This document shows positions 55,194 through 62,584 of a DNA stretch of 64,000 nucleotides, piece after piece. Origin of the DNA: Dehalococcoidia bacterium (GTDB lineage Bacteria > Chloroflexota > Dehalococcoidia > Lucifugimonadales > UBA3495). Location: NCBI GenBank assembly GCA_963664625.1, contig OY761541.1:1410204-1474203 (forward strand). Reading direction: 5' to 3'. Numbering within the stretch: position 1 is the stretch's first letter; each line of letters begins with the position of its first letter. Both the position numbers and the translations under genes were made by a program. The notes under the pieces are model-generated. The model worked only from the letters and a program-made list of their open reading frames with translations. It ran no database searches and had not been told where the DNA came from.

Positions 55194-57518
55194 TTACTTT
55201 TCGTCCCCCTCCCATAACGTCTCCAACACGTTGCCCGGCGTCATGGGGAGGCTGGTCATGCGGACGCCGAGGGCGTTGCTGATGGCGTTGGCTATGGCGG
55301 CCATCGGGGGTACCAACGGCACCTCGCCGGTGCCGCGGACGCCGTAGGGATGGCCGGGGTTGGGCACCTCGATGATGACGGTGTCAATCATGGGCAGGTC
55401 CAGGCTGGTGGGCATCCGGTAGTCCAGGAAACTGGAGTTCATCATCTGGCCGGCGTCGTTGAGGTAATACTCTTCGTTAAGCGCCCAGCCGATGCCCTGG
55501 ACTGCGCCGCCTTGAATCTGGCCTTCCACGTAGCTGGGGTGGATGGCCTTGCCGCAGTCCTGAAGGGCGGTGTAGCGGAGAATGTCCACTTTTCCGGTGT
55601 CAGGGTCCACCTCCACGTCCACTATATGCAGGCCGAAAGCGTTGCCTACGCCCCCGGGGTTGGCGGTGCCCCGGCCGACGATGGGGCCGCCGGTAGCGTT
55701 CAGGCGGCGGGCCAGTTGCTTGAAGGTCGTCCTCAGCTCCGGGTCCTCTTTGTGCTGCACCACGCCGGACTCATAGACCACGGACTCCGGGTCCACGTCC
55801 CACAGCTTGGCGGCCCGTTCCCTCATCTGGCGCGAGACGTCTTCAGCAGCCAAGTAGCAGGCGGTGCCCATTTTGAAGGTGACGCCGCTGCCGCCGGCGC
55901 CGGAGCTGTAGCCGATGGAGTCGGTGTCCACCACCGCAGGCTTTACTTCCTCCACCGGGATTCCCAGCACCTCGGCAACGTGCATGGCCATAGCGGCGCG
56001 GGAGCCGCCGATGTCGGGGGAACCCTCCACCAAGCTCACGGTGCCGTCGGGGTTGACGCTGACGACGGCGCTGGCAGGACCGGTGCCGTTGAACCACGCG
56101 CCCGCGGCGACACCTCGTCCGCGGTTGGCGCCGGTCAAGGCAGTTGCCACATGGGGATGCTGCTGGGCAGCCTGCAAAGTCTCCACGAAGCCGATGCGGC
56201 GGAACGCCGGGCCGGCGGCCTGCCGGGTGCCTTCCTCGGAAGCGTTGCGGAGCCTGAATTCAATGGGGTCCATACCCAGCTTCTGGCATATCTCGTCTAC
56301 AACCGACTCCGCCGCGAAAGCGGCGGGCGGCGAGCCGGGGGCGCGGTAGGCCGCGGCCTTCTGGGTGTTGACCAGTACGTCCAACCCTTCGACGAACACA
56401 TTGGGGATGTTGTAAGGGGCGAGCATGGTCCGGCAACCGGACGGCACCGGGGAGCCGGGGAAGGCCCCGGCCTCGTAGACCAGCTTGGCCTCGGCGGCGG
56501 TGATGCGGCCGTCGTTAGTTGCGCCCATCTTGACCCGGATGTGAGTGGCGGACGTGGGGCCGGTGCCTTCGAACACCTCGACCCGGTTCATGGTTATCTT
56601 CACCGGTTGGCCGGTCTTGCGGGACAACGCGGCGGCTACGGGCTCCAAGTACACGCCGCCCTGCCCCTTGCCGCCGAAGCCGCCGCCGATCTCCATGGGC
56701 ACGATCTTCAACCGGGATACCGGCACTCCGAGGATTTGGGAGGTGTGGTCGCGGACGGCGAAGTGTCCCTGGCTGCTGCACCAGATGGTGACAGTGTCGT
56801 CACTGCTCCACAACGCCGTGGCCGAGTGGGGTTCGATGTACCCTTGATGCACCGGCTTGGTGTGGAATTCCCGGTCGACAATAACGTCGGCTTCTTCAAA
56901 CCCCTTTTCTATGTCGCCCATGGTGAACTGGAAGCGGTTTGCCACGTTGCTGGCGTCTTCCGTGTCGGTTGCTCCCCAGCCGCCGGCCCGCAACGCCGGG
57001 TCGGCCAGGGTCAACAGCCTCTCATGGAGGATGGGAGCGCCCTCTTTCATGGCATCGTCGGCGTTGAGGGCCGGTTCCAGCACCTCGTAGTCTACGTCGA
57101 TCAACGACAGGGCCTTTTCCGCGATGTGGGAGCTAGTGGCCGCGACCGCCGCCAGAGCGTGGCCTCGGTAGAGCGCCTTCTCTCGCGCCATCACATTGCG
57201 GCTGTAGAAGCCGTAGTTGACGGCCGCGCCCTCTTCCAGGTCCGCCACCTGTGCCGAGACTTCCGGCAGGTCGGCGGCGGTAACCACGGCCTTTACGCCG
57301 GGGAGGGCCAGCGCGCGGCTGGCGTCGATGTTCCTGATGCGCGCGTGGGGATGAGGGCTGCGCAACAGCTTACCGAACAACAGGTTGGGCAATTGGATGT
57401 CGGCCCCGTAACGGGCGCGGCCCGTCACTTTGTCCGGCCCGTCGTGGCGGATGGGCCGGCTGCCCACCACGTCGAACTCCTGGTTGGAAAGCACTATGTT
57501 CGGCTTGTAGTCCAACAT
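55194..57518 (-). CDS. xanthine dehydrogenase/aldehyde oxidase-family molybdopterin-binding subunit
   Basis: 774 aa with an a/b-hammerhead N-terminus (KVTGRARYGADI) and Mo-cofactor domains (GGGFGGKG). The 735-aa ORF on the opposite strand is a GC shadow. Confidence 0.85.
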   Translation of the reverse strand: MLDYKPNIVLSNQEFDVVGSRPIRHDGPDKVTGRARYGADIQLPNLLFGKLLRSPHPHARIRNIDASRALALPGVKAVVTAADLPEVSAQVADLEEGAAVNYGFYSRNVMAREKALYRGHALAAVAATSSHIAEKALSLIDVDYEVLEPALNADDAMKEGAPILHERLLTLADPALRAGGWGATDTEDASNVANRFQFTMGDIEKGFEEADVIVDREFHTKPVHQGYIEPHSATALWSSDDTVTIWCSSQGHFAVRDHTSQILGVPVSRLKIVPMEIGGGFGGKGQGGVYLEPVAAALSRKTGQPVKITMNRVEVFEGTGPTSATHIRVKMGATNDGRITAAEAKLVYEAGAFPGSPVPSGCRTMLAPYNIPNVFVEGLDVLVNTQKAAAYRAPGSPPAAFAAESVVDEICQKLGMDPIEFRLRNASEEGTRQAAGPAFRRIGFVETLQAAQQHPHVATALTGANRGRGVAAGAWFNGTGPASAVVSVNPDGTVSLVEGSPDIGGSRAAMAMHVAEVLGIPVEEVKPAVVDTDSIGYSSGAGGSGVTFKMGTACYLAAEDVSRQMRERAAKLWDVDPESVVYESGVVQHKEDPELRTTFKQLARRLNATGGPIVGRGTANPGGVGNAFGLHIVDVEVDPDTGKVDILRYTALQDCGKAIHPSYVEGQIQGGAVQGIGWALNEEYYLNDAGQMMNSSFLDYRMPTSLDLPMIDTVIIEVPNPGHPYGVRGTGEVPLVPPMAAIANAISNALGVRMTSLPMTPGNVLETLWEGDEK

Positions 57519-57630
57519 GTCGTTACTCCTTCAATAATGGTTTGTAAGCTGTGTTGATATTTCCCCTTCGTCTCCGTGAAAGCGGGGCCAGAGTTCTGCC
57601 GGGGTGAGCACTACCATTTCCCAAAGCTAG

Positions 57631-57656
57631 TAGATTCCCGCCTTCGCGGGAATGAC
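57631..57656 (-). repeat. REP-A copy (reverse orientation)
   Basis: tagattcccgccttcgcgggaatgac. Confidence 0.9.
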
Positions 57657-57695
57657 GAAATTAAGTCGCTCTACGTGAGAAAACTGTTCAATGGG

Positions 57696-59297
57696 TCAGG
57701 TGAACGGGGTTGGCATCATGCCGACGGGCGCCTCTATCAAAACAGGGGCGTCCAGCTCCAGCGCCTCTCGCAGCTTTGACTCCAACTCCTCGGCGTCGTT
57801 GGCTTTCATGCCCTTGACGCCGTAGGCCTCGGCCAGCTTGACAAAGTCCGGGTTGTGAAGCTCCGCCCCGATGGAGCGGCCGTCGAAGCGGTTCACTTGG
57901 TCACGGAGGACGTTGCCGTAGGCGTTGTCGTTGAATACCACGACGACCACGTTGATGCCGTGCTGGACCGCCGTGGCCATCTCTTGTGAGTTGAACAAAA
58001 AGCCGCCGTCGCCCGACAGAGCCACCACCGCCTTGTCCGGCTGGGCCACCTTGGCGCCCAAGGCCACAGGATAGGCATAGCCGAGGTTGCCGGAGTAGGA
58101 CGAGGTGATGAAGGTGCGGGGTTCGTACACCGGATAGTAGGCGCGGCTGTAGTAGCCCATCTGGGTCATGCCGGCTATCAGGATGCCGTCTTCAGGCATG
58201 GCGTTGCGGACGGCATCGAGGTATGAGTCTTGGGGTTCTACCCTGGGGGCCGTCCGGGTACGCAAGTCCTTCAGCCTGTCTACCTCCGCTTGACGGCTGG
58301 GCTTGGCCGTCATGGTGGTCGACAGAGCGTCGTACAACCCGGCCAGCGTCAGCCGGGCGTCGCCCTGGATGCCCAGAGTGTCGTCGTAGTTGCGGCCCAG
58401 TTCTTCAGGATCGATGTCGATCTGCACCACTCGTTGCCCGTCGATGAACTGAGGGTTCTGTATCCTCGTACCCACGGCCAGGACCACGTCGTGGCCATAG
58501 TCGTCCTGCCCGAAGGGGTCGTTGCGCAATCTCATGGCGCCCAGGGACAAGGGATGATGGTCTGAAATGGCGCCTCTCCCTTCTGCGGTGGCCAACACCG
58601 GGGCTTGCAGGAATTCGGCGACCCTGATGAGTTCGCGGGACGCCCCGGAGGAGATTACGCCGCCTCCAACGAGAATCATCGGAGACTCGGCTTCCTTCAG
58701 GACCTTGGCGGCCTCGGCGATTTGCTGGCCGTTTCCGGCTTGCCGGGGGTACTCCTCCGGTTCCCGCAATTCTACGTCGGCCACGTCGGCCAAGGTTTCC
58801 GGCGGTATTTCTATCTCGACCGGCCTGGGCCGCCCGGTCTTCAGGTGGTAAAAGGCCTCATGCACGACTTCGGGCACCTTGGCCGGGTCCAGTATTCGCT
58901 CGGCCCACTTGGTAATGGGACGGATGCAGTCCTGCTGGTCGTTAACCTCGTGCAGCACTCCCCGGTCCACGCCAATCAGGTCGCGCTCCACTTGCCCCGA
59001 AACGACCAGTATGGGCGAGGACGCGGAGTAGGCGGTGCTGATCCCCGACGCCGCGTTCAGCAACCCCGGCCCGGGCACCATCAGCGCCGTGCCGATGCCG
59101 CCCCCGGCCCGGGCATAACCGTCGGCCATGTAGGTGGTCGCCTGCTCGTGCCTGGTTGTGATGAAACGGATGCCGGGTTCGTCGTACAACGCATCCATGG
59201 CGTGGTACAACTGTACTCCGGGCAGGCCGAAGATTACCCGTACCCCCTCCAAGTAGAGGGACCTCATCAAAGCTTGGCCGCCGGTCATTTGAGCCAT
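57696..59297 (-). CDS. thiamine pyrophosphate-binding enzyme (AHAS-like paralogue)
   Basis: HEQATTYMADGYARAGGGIGTALMVPGPGLLN and LSGDGGFLFNSQEMATA. Confidence 0.8.
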   Translation of the reverse strand: MAQMTGGQALMRSLYLEGVRVIFGLPGVQLYHAMDALYDEPGIRFITTRHEQATTYMADGYARAGGGIGTALMVPGPGLLNAASGISTAYSASSPILVVSGQVERDLIGVDRGVLHEVNDQQDCIRPITKWAERILDPAKVPEVVHEAFYHLKTGRPRPVEIEIPPETLADVADVELREPEEYPRQAGNGQQIAEAAKVLKEAESPMILVGGGVISSGASRELIRVAEFLQAPVLATAEGRGAISDHHPLSLGAMRLRNDPFGQDDYGHDVVLAVGTRIQNPQFIDGQRVVQIDIDPEELGRNYDDTLGIQGDARLTLAGLYDALSTTMTAKPSRQAEVDRLKDLRTRTAPRVEPQDSYLDAVRNAMPEDGILIAGMTQMGYYSRAYYPVYEPRTFITSSYSGNLGYAYPVALGAKVAQPDKAVVALSGDGGFLFNSQEMATAVQHGINVVVVVFNDNAYGNVLRDQVNRFDGRSIGAELHNPDFVKLAEAYGVKGMKANDAEELESKLREALELDAPVLIEAPVGMMPTPFT

Positions 59298-59453
59298 TAT
59301 TTACATCTCCAATCGGGGTAGAATTTCTTGGTTGCGGTGGAGTCGTTCAACGCAGAGGGCGCGAAGGCCGCGCAAAGAGCGCAAAGTATTCCTCTTGTTT
59401 CAGGCTGGCGATATTTTAACACCCTGCCTGAAATTCCACACATGGGGCTGGAC

Positions 59454-59479
59454 GGATTCCCGCGAAGGCGGGAATGACC
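59454..59479 (-). repeat. REP-A copy (reverse orientation by flanks)
   Basis: ggattcccgcgaaggcgggaatgacc. Confidence 0.85.
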
Positions 59480-59507
59480 GGTTGGGGCAGGATGCCGTTG
59501 TAATGAC

Positions 59508-60038
59508 TCAGATTAGGTTCTGGAGTTGAACAAGAGGATTGTTCCTCTCGTCAACAACTCGTTGGAAAAGAGGATGAGAAAGAGCTTGTTTGGGCTGTTT
59601 GTGAGTTGTCATGCCTTTTGGTGGTGTTGGGCGTGGTTCCCACACCAGCAGGGCGACGTATTTGATGGATACATTGGGGATGTAGCCGTGGTAACAGCAA
59701 AGTGATATCAACCAATCGCAGAACAATTTGCCGTTGGCGATTTGCCTCTTATAGTCCCCCTTGTTGGAGGTTTTCTGTTCTATCACGAACATATACACCT
59801 GATTCTTGTGAATGAAGGCAATCATGGCATCACACATCTTAGCGATGTGTTCCGGGGGGCTGTTGCCCATGAAAGCGAATGGCGGATTGTTTTGATTGTC
59901 CAAAGAAAACGCTATCGTATTACTGTTCGGAGCGCGGAGCCGGACGTTATTCGGGAGGCACCAATCACGCTGTTGTCTGGGGAGGTAGTACTGGCTGTCG
60001 ATAACCCTTTTGAGTGTGTCGATCACCTTATTGGCCAT
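59508..60038 (-). CDS. 176-aa partner protein with possible PD-(D/E)xK core
   Basis: MCDAMIAFIHKNQVYMFVIEQKTSNKGDYK gives a D ... E-x-K arrangement with appropriate spacing. Its start overlaps the ATPase stop by 11 nt. No family recognised. Confidence 0.5.
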   Translation of the reverse strand: MANKVIDTLKRVIDSQYYLPRQQRDWCLPNNVRLRAPNSNTIAFSLDNQNNPPFAFMGNSPPEHIAKMCDAMIAFIHKNQVYMFVIEQKTSNKGDYKRQIANGKLFCDWLISLCCYHGYIPNVSIKYVALLVWEPRPTPPKGMTTHKQPKQALSHPLFQRVVDERNNPLVQLQNLI

Positions 60039-61182
60039 CTTGGCGCTCCTGGATGCCGTAGTAGATGTCGTCGTTAATGGCGTTTATCTGCTCGATCACG
60101 TTATCGAACGTATTAGCGCGTATGCCGTCATCGGCGGTGATTTCAGAGGGTTCTATGGTGTGGTCTTTGAACACGTATGCCCCAACCAGTTCTGGGTCGA
60201 GGATTTCATCGTCGTGATAGCGGTACTTCCTTCGGAAACGGGCAGCGTCAGGATGATTAAGCATAATGAGGGAGTTGAACTCGCGCACGATATAATCGCT
60301 ATGGGTGCTAATAACGACACGAACGCCCGCGTTCACCAACCGAGCCAACAATTTGGCTATTGTGCGCTGGCTTGAGGGATGGAGATTCAGTTCAGGTTCG
60401 TCAATCATGAGGATGTTGCCAGGGATAGCCTGATTTTCGAGATAGAACCAAAGTGCGAACAGGCTTTTGACGGCGCTGGAAGTAGCGTGCAGAGGAATGC
60501 GTCGTGTGCTGCGAGTACGCTCCCTAGTGCGATATGGCCTGAACTGGATGCTGTCGGTCTGGGGGTCTATGCCGTATACGCCGCCGGCCAGATAGCGTTT
60601 TACGCGTTCTGCAAGTGAATGGAATGCCGGTCGGCCTGCGGCCTCAATCTCGGGTAAGCGGTTTAACCAGTCGATGTAATCCGCGATTGGTTCCGCGTAG
60701 CGTGAGTACACGACGTCGCGCAAAAGGTCTTCAAGGTCAACACCCTCCCGGGAAGCTCGGTGTAGCAAGCCTGTTCGCCGCCTGCTCAGTTCACGGTAAA
60801 AAAGATGCAATCCGTTTCGCTCGGCAGGCATGAGAAAGACGTCAGCGAACTCTCCTGCATTTATTAGCCGCTCAAAGTCGTGCTCGTGGGAAAGGGTAAA
60901 CTGGGCTTCGCCCAGACCCAGTGATGAGACATTGAAGGTAAGGGGGAGGTAAGAGGTGGTGAAATCGCGCCGGGAATCCGGGTGGTCTTCGGGGTCATCT
61001 TGCAGTGCTAGTGCAATTTCGGGCAACAGCTTGTAGAAAGTGTAAAGGGAATAGATCGTCCACGTTTTTCCCGTGTTGTTTTCACCGTAGAAGACGGTGA
61101 GGGGTTTGTGCATGAATTGACCATATTGCACGCTGCCGAGATTTTTGACTTCGAATGTCAGTGACTCTGATTGCTTACCCAT
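60028..61182 (-). CDS. ABC/SMC-type AAA_15/21-like ATPase
   Basis: Walker A YGENNTGKT, signature-like LHATSSAVKSL, Walker B ILMIDEPELNLHP and H-loop VISTHSDY. Confidence 0.75.
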   Translation of the reverse strand: MGKQSESLTFEVKNLGSVQYGQFMHKPLTVFYGENNTGKTWTIYSLYTFYKLLPEIALALQDDPEDHPDSRRDFTTSYLPLTFNVSSLGLGEAQFTLSHEHDFERLINAGEFADVFLMPAERNGLHLFYRELSRRRTGLLHRASREGVDLEDLLRDVVYSRYAEPIADYIDWLNRLPEIEAAGRPAFHSLAERVKRYLAGGVYGIDPQTDSIQFRPYRTRERTRSTRRIPLHATSSAVKSLFALWFYLENQAIPGNILMIDEPELNLHPSSQRTIAKLLARLVNAGVRVVISTHSDYIVREFNSLIMLNHPDAARFRRKYRYHDDEILDPELVGAYVFKDHTIEPSEITADDGIRANTFDNVIEQINAINDDIYYGIQERQDGQ

Positions 61183-61404
61183 CTTGCTGTCCCCTTGAAA
61201 GTTGCGGGGTGTAATAGATGATCATCCCCATGCGCCACTGATTCAAATGGACCGAACGGACTGCCAGCTCAATGGTATGGGTGCGCAGCGCATTATACCG
61301 CTCCGAACCGACACTGGGCTTCTATCGGCAGAGGTGAACATAGGTCAATTGCTGACGTCAACGGTGGTCCCACGCCCAGCGGTACAGGGAACATCAGGGC
61401 AATG

Positions 61405-61432
61405 AAAAAGCCGCTCCCGCGTGCGGAGCGGC
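61405..61432 (-). terminator. intrinsic terminator of the LRR gene
   Basis: On the minus strand, gccgctcc-gcacgcg-ggagcggc is followed by ttttt, about 27 nt after the stop. Confidence 0.6.
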
Positions 61433-61458
61433 TACGTGCGAGGGGAAAGACGCGGGCG

Positions 61459-61968
61459 CTACTTCGCCGGTTTACCCCCGTCTGCACGAGGGCAGGCTCT
61501 GCACGGGCTGGTCAGGTTGCCCAACTGGGTCGGAATGGCCCCAGTCAACTGGTTGTCGTAGAGGCTCAGCCGTTCCAGGCTGGTAAGGCTGCCCAACTCC
61601 AGCGGTATAGTCCCGGTCAACTGGTTCCTGTCGAGGTTCAGCCATGTCAGGTTGGTAAGGCTGCCCAACTGGGCCGGTATGGCCCCGGTCAACTGGTTCT
61701 GGTGGAGGCTCAGTGCGACAACACGCCCGTCGGAGTTCGTGGAGACTCCGTACCACTCTCCTATTGACGCATTACTGTTCCAATTAGTGTTGTTTTTCCA
61801 GTTTGGGCCGTCCGTGGCGTTGTAGAGCGCGACGAGGATATCGCGGTCGGTCGGCGTGCCGGTCTGCGCCAGGGCCGGATGGACCAGCCCCGGTCCCGTC
61901 ACGCTCGCAAGCGTCATGGCGGCAACGGCCAGCACTGCAATGAGCATCCTTCCAAGTCTCTTGTTCAT
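61459..61968 (-). CDS. secreted plant-type leucine-rich-repeat protein
   Basis: Signal peptide MNKRLGRMLIAVLAVAAMTLASV...ALAQ, an LRRNT-like cap (DRDILVALYNATDGPNWKNNTNW...WYGV), then 24-residue LxLxxNQLTGxIPxxLGxLxxL repeats. Confidence 0.75.
   Translation of the reverse strand: MNKRLGRMLIAVLAVAAMTLASVTGPGLVHPALAQTGTPTDRDILVALYNATDGPNWKNNTNWNSNASIGEWYGVSTNSDGRVVALSLHQNQLTGAIPAQLGSLTNLTWLNLDRNQLTGTIPLELGSLTSLERLSLYDNQLTGAIPTQLGNLTSPCRACPRADGGKPAK
61510..61725 (-). repeat. 3 x 72-bp tandem repeats (the LRR units)
   Basis: ggt(c/a)agg(t/c)tgcccaact...gtcaactggtt... recurs three times. Confidence 0.8.
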
Positions 61969-62060
61969 GCTTCTATCCTTTGACCTCCAGCTTCACCGGC
62001 ATACCGCGGGAGTCCACCACCGGGTGCGGCTTGCTGTTCAGCCCCCTTTTGTGCGGGCGA

Positions 62061-62086
62061 TGGATTCCCGTTTCCACGGGAATGAC
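62061..62086 (-). repeat. REP-A copy (reverse orientation, variant loop)
   Basis: tggattcccgtttccacgggaatgac. Confidence 0.75.
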
Positions 62087-62341
62087 GCCTGCGCCCGTGA
62101 AGACGGATGGAGCATTTTTCGGCAGGCTTGGCTTGCGTCGTGGTACCGAGCTGAAACGCGATTGCCTTGGGCAGGCGTCATGTTGGTAGAATTATATCGT
62201 TGCTTATTAGGTAGGATTATACCATTTCTAATGACGATATGTTGATGACTTTATGAAAATACAGGTTACTTTATAACGATGCTAACAAAGACACTGGCGG
62301 CTGCCCCTTCCGCCATTGCCGTGAAAACTTGTCCCCGGCGC

Positions 62342-62366
62342 GGTTTCCCGCCTTCGCGGGAATGAC
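62342..62366 (-). repeat. REP-A copy (reverse orientation)
   Basis: ggtttcccgccttcgcgggaatgac. Confidence 0.85.
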
Positions 62367-62584
62367 GGGGGAGGGGGGGCCATTTTCATGTTCATACGTG
62401 GCGCCCTGGGGCCATCACGCGCGAACAGGGAGAAATCGACGTAGCCGGGATAAATCTCGCTTTGACTTGATAGCGGCTACCATGTAGCATACTCTGGCCG
62501 CCGTGAACCGGCGGGCTGCGCCCGATATACGCACGGGCAAGCTCACCCCGCATTAAGTTGGGGGGTTCCAGTGGGGACAACAGC

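Noticed and set aside
61183-61510. The idea that insertion of the ATPase cassette truncated the LRR gene.
   Set aside because: The LRR gene has its own well-formed terminator (61405-61432) about 27 nt after its stop. About 220 bp of unrelated spacer then separate it from the cassette, so a direct truncation by the cassette is not supported.
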